Positions 37,474-48,500 of a stretch of DNA of 64,000 nt are shown here, in pieces (within the stretch, counting starts at the first letter, position 1; every line of letters starts with the position of its first letter). Location: the NCBI GenBank assembly GCA_964057225.1, contig OZ059895.1, positions 6,820,001 through 6,884,000 of the forward strand, in the 5' to 3' direction. Origin of the DNA: Auanema rhodensis. Taxonomy: Eukaryota > Animalia > Nematoda. The position numbers and the translations under genes were made by a program. The notes below the pieces were generated by a model that had not been told where the DNA came from, made no database searches, and worked only from the letters and a program-made list of their open reading frames with translations.

Positions 37474-39720
37474 TTAGTCTACAACAAGAGATCTCCTATG
37501 TTCATTTCTGAAATCTTGCAGTTCAACACCTTGGTAAACTTCACCTTGGAAATGATTTTTTGTTCTCACAAAAATTGGATTCCTATTTCTCGGATTTCTA
37601 TTTTCCTTGTTGAAAAAGGTTTTTGGAGAAAGGACTATCCAAATAGATCTACCTATAAATATGTAAAAGAGAGTAACACCAATAGTTACATAAATCCTCC
37701 ATATCTTGATGTAATACTTCTCAAAGATGCTAGAAACTTCATCTAATATTTCATGAGGAATCATTCCATCTTGACTATTTGAGTGTAGATCAATGGATAC
37801 ATCAGCTTTTTCACGCATCTCATTAATTAATTCTTCCTCAATATTAGTCTTAGTATCCATAAGAATGTGCTCATGAAAGATCACTTTATCATCTAAAAAA
37901 TTGAGATCAAAATCATTAAAGCTCTTGAGATTCACAATCTCTTCGCTTATAGGAAGTTTACCGAAGGAAGTTTTTCCTAAAGAACTGGAAATAATTCCTT
38001 GTGAGTAATACCAAATCTTATCTCCAAGGGATCGTATTCTAATGGGTATTTGTCCTTGAGTAAGAGCTAAACTTCCTTCTATTCCAAAATGTGTGAGATC
38101 AATAAATTCGATTTCTTCATCAACTAAAGATTTACAAAATGTTACTTCTACAACATCTTCACCAACAAGTTGAACTCTTATTGCTGAATGATTTAGTTGT
38201 TTTTGAATGTATCTTCTAGGATTCTCTCCTATTAGTGTTTCAAGAAGAGAAGTATGTTCATTAAATATATCACACATCACTTCAGTTGTATGGCGTAGTA
38301 GGTTATTTGATTTGTTCTCAAGGTATTGAAACTCTCCAGCTGCTTGAAAGTCTGAGTAAACTTGCCTTTTGGTCCTTCGAGATTTTCTATTTTCAAATTC
38401 TTTTAATGCATATTCAGCAAATTTAGTAACGTATTCATCATAACTTGGAAAAGTATTGCAAGCTTCTTTTTGTTTTTCAAAATTTTTGATTTCTAGATCT
38501 TTAGAATGTAAGTAGTCTTTAAAACTTGGAAGCAGTAAACAATCGTTTTTAATCTTTGAGTATTCTTCATAAGTGGGTAATGGAAAAGGTTCTTCTAAAC
38601 TTTGATTCGTAGATCTTTTGGTTCTATTCGAATTCACAGAAGTAGTAGTAGTATTAGGACCAGTATTCAATAATCGTTGTCTTTCCAATTTTTCCTTCTT
38701 TCTTTTCTCGAATTCAAGATATTGCTTCATTTTTTCTTCTCTTCTCTTCTCAAATTCTTTACGATCAGCTTCGTATTTATTGCTTGTTTCTTTGTCTTTT
38801 TGATTTTAAATTTCTTGTTGTCGTTTATAATATTCTTCTCTTTCTTTTTGATACTTCTGAGGATTCATACTCATTTCTTGGAGGCTTGGTAGTCCAGCAG
38901 TAGTAAGAGCTTGTGGGGTAGGAAGTTTTTGAATATTTTGAATTTCCTTGACTGCAAAACCTTCTTCACTAATTAAGAGATCAATATTACAATCTCTAAT
39001 AATTTTATTTCCTTTAAGGTCTAAAGCAATTTGATTTTGACTATTAATCCAAAGACCATTATTCATGATTCCATCTAGTTTTCCAATTGAAATATATTGA
39101 CAATTCTGGGAAGTATTGACATCCCAAATCATAATTTCATTAGTTTTTGAACTACAATAACCATCCTGATATTTACAATTACTTAAGTCGGAGAGAACAT
39201 TAGATGGCCTACTTTGATTGAAGTGTGAATATACTTTAGTTTCAATGATGATACAATTCTCTTTGTAATATCTTTTGCTTGTAAAGAAACTAGTAAATCT
39301 ATTTGGATAATCCACTTCAACTTTATTATTTGTACTATATATTCCTTCTTTACCTTTCCCTAAACTTCCATATTCACATTTCTTATTTGCAATCCATTCT
39401 CTACATTCTGCAAGACTTATAGAATGATAATTCAATTCCTTTTCTACTAAGTGCTCATATCCTGAGAAATCTGTATACATTGATACTTCACTAACTAATT
39501 TCTTACACAATTTTGCATCACTTGAATATTCAATGATGTTCGGTTTATATACTTCATAACTTACTACTTTTGATTGACTATTTAATTGTCTATGATAATT
39601 ACATTTGTGTAATTTCGGAAGTCTAAAGTATTGTACTGGTGCATTAGAAGTACAAATTAGTGTTGCTAAAATATCATAATGAGTAAATATGAAAAAGAAA
39701 TAGAATTGCAATAGATTCAT
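37474..39720 (-). pseudogene. Putative class III viral-type fusion glycoprotein (about 748 codons) with one premature stop
   Basis: ORFs 38806-39720 and 37474-38730 share a frame, split by TAA at 38806-38808; N-terminal signal peptide, Cys-rich ectodomain (ECREW...C, CKYQDGYC...IWD...CQY), two RTKR furin-type sites, C-terminal TM. Confidence 0.75.
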
Positions 39721-39827
39721 TTACTTCAGAAAATTTATTTTAAATAAATTGAAAATTTATCCTGACTTTCTTTGAAAGTTGTTAATTAAATTAATAAAGC
39801 GCCAATTCTGAAATTCTCAAGATAAAA

Positions 39828-41078
39828 ATGACTGTTGAAGCAGTAGACAGAATACTAATTGTTGATAGTCCAATTATTCAAGATCAAAGTATTCAAAAAG
39901 AAAATTTGATTAGCATATTTCCTTCATCTGGTAGTAGTTTAAATCAACATGGAGAAATTAATTTTATCATAGAAACTTGTGGTCAATACCTTCTACTACA
40001 TAAATCTTACATCTACTTAGAAGCTTCTTCGACTAAATTAGACTCTAGTGCATTAAGTGACACTGATGAAGTTACATTGACTAATAATGCTCCAATGTTT
40101 TTATTTGATAGAGCAACTTATAGTATGGATGGTATGCAAGTTGAAAATGTCATTGATCCTGGAAGAGCTTCACTTATGAAAGGCCTGCTTACTTATTCTT
40201 CCACAATGAATAAACAAAATACTTTTGGTTGGATCATTGAGACAAAGGATATCATGACTTATAAAATAAATAAATATACAAAAAATAGAAAAGGTAACCT
40301 TACTTTTTGTATTCCACTGACTCATATTTTTGGATTTGCTGAATGTTATAATAAAACAGTTTACGGAAGAAAACACACTCTTTCACTTTACAGATCACCA
40401 GAAAATAAAAATTCTATTACGTCCACAGATCCTACTAAATTTACTGCTAAGATGACTATTAATAAACTTCAATGGATAATTCCTAAAATTATGCCTAGTC
40501 TTGAGATGCAAAACAAACTTCTAAACCTTTTTGAAAGTAATAAATTAGTTGTAATGCCTTTTATATCTCGGCAATTTGAAAGTTATAACATACCAAATGG
40601 TAATAGAGAATTTACTTGGAAACTAGGAACTAAATATGATAAGATAAAATACCTTGTCATAGCATTTCAAACTGCTAGAGACAATAACTATATCAATGCT
40701 GCAAAATTTGATAATTGTGGACTTGAATAAATTCACGTAGAACTCAACTCAGAAAGATATCCATATGAATGTCTGAAGTTTGACTTTGATAAATTTAATG
40801 CAGTCCAACAATACAATTTTGCTAAAGAATTTAGGAATAGTTATTATGAAAGTATCGAGGATTACATATTTATGGAAGAAGATGTGTATTATTATTATCC
40901 ACTTCTAGTATTTGATGTTTCAAAACAGAATGATAGAATTATTGCATCTCGACCTGATGTTACAATAAAAGCTTCCTTTAATAAAAACATTGCTCAAAGT
41001 ACTAAATGTTATTGCCTCATTTTGAGTGAAAATGTTGTTGAAATCAAGGATAATAGAGGTAAGGTAGTTAGCATCTAA
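39828..41078 (+). pseudogene. Maverick 2 major capsid protein (416 codons) with a premature stop at 40728-40730
   Basis: P.SGSSLNQHGEINF...SYIYLE, CIPLTHIFGFAE, YLVIAFQT, then in frame after the stop VELNSERYP and PLLVFDVSKQ. Confidence 0.88.
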
Positions 41079-41107
41079 GATGCTCTTGATTTTCATAGAA
41101 AATTGAG

Positions 41108-41182
41108 TCAGTGTTTAAGATCCTTCTCTGGAATCCAAGAATTAAACTTATCAGGATATCCATACCATTTAACAAATATTTC
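41108..41182 (-). pseudogene. C-terminal chromodomain remnant of the Maverick integrase
   Basis: Manual translation gives EIFVKWYGYPDKFNSWIPEKDLKH*, the VKWxGYxxxxNSW signature. Confidence 0.8.
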
Positions 41183-41289
41183 TGTAGATTTATTGAAATT
41201 AGTTTGATTTTAGCTATTTGTTGTTCAATTGTTTATTTTCAGACCGCTCTCTCTCTTTCTCCATCAGTTCTTTCCGTTGTGAGTCCAAG

Positions 41290-42015
41290 ATGGAAAGTGA
41301 ATTGAACAAGGTATTTATTTCTGTTTTTTTTCTAATTTTAAAAGGAAATTTTTAGAGTTCTTCACCGTCTGACAGCAATGATCACTCTTTCGAATTTATG
41401 GATGCACTGCCGGCGTTTAAACATGACATGATGCTGACGGATATCAACGATGCTGGTCTCAAGCATGTGAGTTATTATTAATATTATATCATTTTTTGTT
41501 GAAATTTTTTGTTGTTATTTCTAATCCTTTATGGTTTTCAGCTCGGCGACATCACTGGAATTGATAATTTGAGTGTCGGATCGTTCTCGTCTCCAGCATT
41601 CCCGGTGGAAGGCGTTATTTTCGGACCAAATAATAGACTAATGATGTGCCTCAACTGTCGTCGTGCCAAGAAGCCTGATGCGCCAATAATCAAAGTCTGG
41701 TTTCAGGTTGATAGTGGATCGAATTGCACGTTTCTCGACGAGAAGACTATCAGCAAGCTTATCAGCTCCGACGCGATTCCTTCGGCTCTTCATGTCTCCA
41801 TTCAGTTTTAGTTTTTCTACTCTCAATTTTAAGATTATTCTTTTTCTGATTCAAATTTCTCATTTCAGGATCATAATTCTGTGATCGAATGCAATCTCTC
41901 CCATAGCCATTTCAAGGAAGCGAACGTGTTGGGAATGTTGGCAATGCGTAAAATGAACTTGACGATCGACAGCATGAATTGGACTACAGAGACTTGGCGC
42001 CTTGCGAAACAATAA
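41290..42015 (+). CDS. Spliced retropepsin-like aspartic protease gene (cargo), possibly disabled at its third donor
   Basis: Exons about 41290-41310, 41356-41466, 41542-41805, 41869-42015; [14 protein letters not shown] and ANVLG motifs; TTTTCAG at about 41236-41242 (possible trans-splice site); AATAAA near 42043. Confidence 0.72.
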
Positions 42016-42065
42016 TGGCATCGTATTGCTTTTTAATTGATTAATAAAGTATTTTTTTATTGAAA

Positions 42066-42332
42066 TTATTTTTGAAGTTCTAATGGAGGATCCAATCCAA
42101 TAGAATCAAAGTAATAAATCTCCTTATTGTTCTTGGAATAACAGACCCAATGAGTAGATTTACCTTCAGAAGAATCTAAATTTACAATACCAACATCTCT
42201 TTCCTTAATTCCTTGTGGTGGCAAAGTGTCTCTCATAAAGATTCCTCTGAAGTTTCTTATCTTTAATAATTTTACAAGCTCTTCAAGATCAATATTTGTT
42301 AGACTTGGTAGGTTTTTATCTGTTTTCATCAT
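42066..42332 (-). pseudogene. Adenain-like cysteine protease of Maverick 2, 3'-truncated
   Basis: GIFMRDTLP...IVNLDSSEGKSTHWVCY...YYFDSIGLDPP; ends before the Gln/Cys motif. Confidence 0.85.
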
Positions 42333-42374
42333 TTATTTAGCATTATTTTTATTCACCGTTCTAGCGCACTTGTC

Positions 42375-42433
42375 TCGACCATTTCGACCACTGGATTTCG
42401 ACCACATTTTCAAGGTAGCGCATTTCGACCATT
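42375..42433. repeat. Cluster of four TCGACCA heptamers upstream of the protease gene
   Basis: Four copies visible between 42375 and 42433. Confidence 0.55.
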
Positions 42434-42560
42434 TCCCCATTTTTGAAAATTGTTGAAAATGACACATTTTCGAAGTATTAAGACCTGTTTATGTTAAAAA
42501 TAAGCCTTAAAATGGCTTAAAGATGAGAAAATTGAGGATGGGCGAAAAGGTGCGCTTATA

Positions 42561-45500
42561 GAGCAACATTGATATTCCATCTTTCTGAAGATTCTGAAGC
42601 TTGTCTATCTCTTGACCGCAAACGTTTATTGTTCAGAAAATCTCAGTCTAGAGTTTTGAATGTTTTTCTGAAGAAGAATACGGTGCACGTGCCATTTGCC
42701 TTGGGGTATTCAACTTCATTTTTGGTTTAATTACCCAAGTTTGAGGTACTTTGATGATTCAACAAGGGTTACACCTGATGTTGAACTAAATTTTGGAAAG
42801 CTCACTATATGTGAGCAACATTGATATTTCATCTCTCTGAAGATTCGGAAGCTTGTCTATCTCTTGACCGGAAATGTTTATTGTTCAGACAATCTCAGTC
42901 TGGAGTTTTGAATGTTGTTCTGAACAGGAATACGGTGCACGTGCCATTTGCCTTGGGGTATTCATCTTCATCTTTGGTTTAATTACCCAAGTTTGAGGTA
43001 CTTTGATGATTCAACAAGGGTTACACCTGATGTTGAACTAAATTTTGGAAAGCTCACTATATGTGAGCAACATTGTTATTTCATCTCTCTGAAGATTCGG
43101 AAGCTTGTCTATCTCTTTACCGGAAATGTTTATTGTTCAGACAATCTCAGCCTAGAGTTTTGAATGTTTTTCTGAAGAAGAATACGGTGCACGTGCCATT
43201 TGCCTTGGGGTATTCAACTTCATTTTTGGTTTAATTACCCAAGTTTGAGGTACTTTGATGATTCAACAAGGGTTACACCTGATGTTGAACTAAATTTGGG
43301 AAAGCTCACTATATGTGAGCAACATTGATATTCCATCTCTCTGAAGATTCGGAAGCTTGTCTATCTCTTGACCGGAAATGTTTATTGTTCAGACAATCTC
43401 AGTCTAGAGTTTTGAATGTTCTTCTGAACAGGAATACGGTGCACGTGCCATTTGCCTTGGGGTATTCAACTTCATTTTTGGTTTAATTACCCAAGTTTGA
43501 GGTACTTTGATGATTCAACAAGGGTTACACCTGATGTTGAACTAAATTTTGGAAAGCTCACTATATGTGAGCAACATTGATATTTCATCTCTCTGAAGAT
43601 TCGGAAGCTTGTCTATCTCTTGACCGGAAATGTGTATTGTTCAGACAATCTCAGTCTAGAGTTTTGAATGTTCTTCTGAACAGGAATACGGTGCACGTGC
43701 CATTTGCCTTGGGGTATTCAACTTCATTTTTGGTTTAATTACCCAAGTTTGAGGTACTTTGATGATTCAACAAGGGTTACACCTGATGTTGAACTAAATT
43801 TTGGAAAGCTCACTATATGTGAGCAACATTGATATTTCATCTCTCTGAAGATTCGGAAGCTTGTCTATCTCTTTACCGGAAACTTTTATTGTTCAGACAA
43901 TCTCAGTCTAGAGTTTTGAATGTTCTTCTGAACAGGAATACGGTGCACGTGCCATTTGCCTTGGGGTATTCAACTTCATTTTTGGTTTAATTACCCAAGT
44001 TTGAGGTACTTTGATGATTCAACAAGGGATACACCTGATGTTGAACTAAATTTTGGAAAGCTTACTATATGTGAGCAACTTTGATATTTCATCTCTCTGA
44101 AGATTCGGAAGCTTGTCTATCTCTTTACCGGAAACTTTTATTGTTCAGACAATCTCAGTCTAGAGTTTTGAATGTTCTTCTGAACAGGAATACGGTGCAC
44201 GTGCCATTTGCCTTGAGGTATTCATCTTCATCTTTGGTTTAATTACCCCAAGTTTGAGGTACTTTGATGATTCAGCAAGGGTTACACCTGATGTTGAACT
44301 AAATTTTGGAAAGCTCACTATATGTGAGCAACATTAATATTTCATCTCTCTGAAGATTCGGAAGCTTGTCTATCTCTTTACCGGAAACTTTTATTGTTCA
44401 GACAATCTCAGTCTAGAGTTTTGAATGTTCTTCTGAACAGGAATACGGTGCACGTGCCATTTGCCTTGGGGTATTCATCTTCATCTTTGGTTTAATTACC
44501 CAAGTTTGAGGTACTTTGCTGATTCAACAAGGGTTACACCTGATGTTGAACTAAATTTTGGAAAGCTCACTATATGTGAGCAACATTGATATTTCATCTC
44601 TCTGAAGATTCGGAAGCTTGTCTATCTCTTTACCGGAAATGGTTATTGTTCAGACAATCTCAGTCTGGAGTTTTGAATGTTCTTCTGAACAGGAATACGG
44701 TGCACGTGCCATTTGCCTTGGGGTATTCAACTTCATTTTTGGTTTAATTACCCAAGTTTGAGGTACTTTGATGATTCAACAAGGGTTACACCTGATGTTG
44801 AACTAAATTTTGGAAAGCTCACTATATGTGAGCAACATTGATATTTCATCTCTCTGAACATTCGGAAGCTTGTCTATCTCTTGACCGGAAATGGTTATTG
44901 TTCAGACAATCTTAGTCTAGAGTTTTGAATGTTCTTCTGAACAGGAATACGGTGCACGTGCCATTTGCCTTGGGGTATTCAACTTCATTTTTGGTTTAAT
45001 TACCCAAGTTTGAGGTACTTTGATGATTCAACAAGGGTTACACCTGATGTTGAACTAAATTTTGGAAAGCTCACTATATGTGAGCAACATTGATATTTCA
45101 TCTCTCTGAACATTCGGAAGCTTGTCTATCTCTTGACCGGAAATGGTTATTGTTCAGACAATCTCAGTCTAGAGTTTTGAATGTTCTTCTGAACAGGAAT
45201 ACGGTGCACGTGCCATTTGCCTTGGGGTATTCAACTTCATTTTTGGTTTAATTACCCAAGTTTGAGGTACTTTGATGATTCAACAAGGGTTACACCTGAT
45301 GTTGAACTAAATTTTGGAAAGCTCACTATATGTGAGCAACATTGATATTTCATCTCTCTGAAGATTTGGAAGCTTGTCTATCTCTTGACCGGAAACTTTT
45401 ATTGTTCAGACAATCTCAGTCTAGAGTTTTGAATGTTCTTCTGAACAGGAATACGGTGCACGTGCCATTTGCCTTGGGGTATTCAACTTCATTTTTGGTT

Positions 45501-48500
45501 TAATTACCCAAGTTTGAGGTACTTTGATGATTCAACAAGGGTTACACCTGATGTTGAACTAAATTTTGGAAAGCTCACTATATGTGAGCAACATTGATAT
45601 TTCATCTCTCTGAAGATTTGGAAGCTTGTCTATCTCTTGACCGGAAACTTTTATTGTTCAGACAATCTCAGTCTAGAGTTTTGAATGTTCTTCTGAACAG
45701 GAATACGGTGCACGTGCCATTTGCCTTGGGGTATTCAACTTCATTTTTGGTTTAATTACCCAAGTTTGAGGTACTTTGATGATTCAACAAGGGTTACACC
45801 TGATGTTGAACTAAATTTTGGAAAGCTCACTATATGTGAGCAACATTGATATTTCATCTCTCTGAAGATTCGGAAGCTTGTCTATCTCTTGACCGGAAAT
45901 GGTTATTGTTCAGACAATCTCAGTCTAGAGTTTTGAATGTTCTTCTGAACAGGAATTCGGTGCACGTGCCATTTGCCTTGGGGTATTCAACTTCATTTTT
46001 GGTTTAATTACCCAAGTTTGAGGTACTTTGATGATTCAACAAGGGTTACACCTGATGTTGAACTAAATTTTGGAAAGCTCACTATATGTGAGCAACATTG
46101 ATATTTCATCTCTCTGAAGATTCGGAAGCTTGTCTCTCTCTTTACCGGAAACTTTTATTGTTCAGACAATCTCAGTCTAGAGTTTTGAATGTTCTTCTGA
46201 ACAGGAATACGGTGCACGTGCCATTTGCCTTGGGGTATTCAACTTCATTTTTGGTTTAATTACCCAAGTTTGAGGTACTTTGATGATTCAACAAGGGTTA
46301 CACCTGATGTTGAACTAAATTTTGGAAAGCTCACTATATGTGAGCAACATTGATATTTCATCTCTCTGAACATTCGGAAGCTTGTCTATCTCTTGACCGG
46401 AAATGGTTATTGTTCAGACAATCTCAGTCTAGAGTTTTGAATGTTCTTCTGAACAGGAATACGGTGCACGTGCCATTTGCCTTGGGGTATTCAACTTCAT
46501 TTTTGGTTTAATTACCCAAGTTTGAGGTACTTTGATGATTCAACAAGGGTTACACCTGATGTTGAACTAAATTTTGGAAAGCTCACTATATGTGAGCAAC
46601 ATTGATATTTCATCTCTCTGAAGATTCGGAAGCTTGTCTCTCTCTTTACCGGAAACTTTTATTGTTCAGACAATCTCAGTCTAGAGTTTTGAATGTTCTT
46701 CTGAACAGGAATACGGTGCACGTGCCATTTGCCTTGGGGTATTCAACTTCATTTTTGGTTTAATTACCCAAGTTTGAGGTACTTTGATGATTCAACAAGG
46801 GTTACACCTGATGTTGAACTAAATTTTGGAAAGCTCACTATATGTGAGCAACATTGATATTTCATCTCTCTGAAGATTCGGAAGCTTGTCTATCTCTTTA
46901 CCGGAAACTTTTATTGTTCAGACAATCTCAGTCTAGAGTTTTGAATGTTCTTCTGAACAGGAATACGGTGCACGTGCCATTTGCCTTGGGGTATTCAACT
47001 TCATTTTTGGTTTAATTACCCAAGTTTGAGGTACTTTGATGATTCAACAAGGGATACACCTGATGTTGAACTAAATTTTGGAAAGCTTACTATATGTGAG
47101 CAACTTTGATATTTCATCTCTCTGAAGATTCGGAAGCTTGTCTATCTCTTTACCGGAAACTTTTATTGTTCAGACAATCTCAGTCTAGAGTTTTGAATGT
47201 TCTTCTGAACAGGAATACGGTGCACGTGCCATTTGCCTTGGGGTATTCATCTTCATCTTTGGTTTAATTACCCAAGTTTGAGGTACTTTGATGATTCAGC
47301 AAGGGTTACACCTGATGTTGAACTAAATTTTGGAAAGCTCACTATATGTGAGCAACATTAATATTTCATCTCTCTGAAGATTCGGAAGCTTGTCTATCTC
47401 TTTACCGGAAACTTTTATTGTTCAGACAATCTCAGTCTAGAGTTTTGAATGTTCTTCTGAACAGGAATACGGTGCACGTGCCATTTGCCTTGGGGTATTC
47501 ATCTTCATCTTTGGTTTAATTACCCAAGTTTGAGGTACTTTGATGATTCAACAAGGGTTACACCTGATGTTGAACTAAATTTTGGAAAGCTCACTATATG
47601 TGAGCAACATTGATATTTCATCTCTCTGAAGATTCGGAAGCTTGTCTATCTCTTTACCGGAAACTTTTATTGTTCAGACAATCTCAGTCTAGAGTTTTGA
47701 ATGTTCTTCTGAACAGGAATACGGTGCACGTGCCATTTGCCTTGGGGTATTCAACTTCATTTTTGGTTTAATTACCCAAGTTTGAGGTACTTTGATGATT
47801 CAACAAGGGATACACCTGATGTTGAACTAAATTTTGGAAAGCTTACTATATGTGAGCAACTTTGATATTTCATCTCTCTGAAGATTCGGAAGCTTGTCTA
47901 TCTCTTTACCGGAAACTTTTATTGTTCAGACAATCTCAGTCTAGAGTTTTGAATGTTCTTCTGAACAGGAATACGGTGCACGTGCCATTTGCCTTGGGGT
48001 ATTCATCTTCATCTTTGGTTTAATTACCCAAGTTTGAGGTACTTTGATGATTCAGCAAGGGTTACACCTGATGTTGAACTAAATTTTGGAAAGCTTACTA
48101 TATGTGAGCAACATTAATATTTCATCTCTCTGAAGATTCGGAAGCTTGTCTATCTCTTTACCGGAAACTTTTATTGTTCAGACAATCTCAGTCTAGAGTT
48201 TTGAATGTTCTTCTGAACAGGAATACGGTGCACGTGCCATTTGCCTTGGGGTATTCATCTTCATCTTTGGTTTAATTACCCAAGTTTGAGGTACTTTGCT
48301 GATTCAACAAGGGTTACACCTGATGTTGAACTAAATTTTGGAAAGCTCACTATATGTGAGCAACATTGATATTTCATCTCTCTGAAGATTCGGAAGCTTG
48401 TCTATCTCTTTACCGGAAACTTTTATTGTTCAGACAATCTCAGTCTAGAGTTTTGAATGTTCTTCTGAACAGGAATACGGTGCACGTGCCATTTGCCTTG

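Larger units (their letters stand above)
35767..42560. mobile_element. Maverick/Polinton 2, internal fragment with no recognisable termini and no PolB
   Basis: ATPase, minor capsid, MCP, cysteine protease, integrase chromodomain remnant and fusogen-like gene. Confidence 0.88.

Noticed and set aside
41111-41305. 64-aa plus-strand ORF
   Set aside because: Antisense to the integrase chromodomain remnant and running through the upstream region of the cargo gene.
22171-42456. Many short ORFs antisense to or overlapping the assigned genes (for example 22171, 24069, 24731, 28613, 30412, 31791, 34598, 37465, 40170, 42226)
   Set aside because: Shadow ORFs with no recognisable motifs, overlapping well-supported genes.
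20956-42560. A single giant Maverick spanning the island
   Set aside because: Two unrelated MCP/protease sets, an internal Maverick terminus at 34081, an internal satellite remnant and no inverted repeats at the island ends.
42500-42560. Right terminus of Maverick 2
   Set aside because: No (AG)n or (AGT)n end and no matching inverted sequence at 35767; treated as a truncation.
42948-43163. 71-aa ORF in the satellite, and the idea that the 252-bp (84-codon) unit is a coding repeat
   Set aside because: The frames I translated carry several stops per unit and the ORF track finds nothing else in about 165 units; this ORF arises from chance loss of a stop in one unit. Origin from an ancient coding fragment cannot be excluded but is unsupported.
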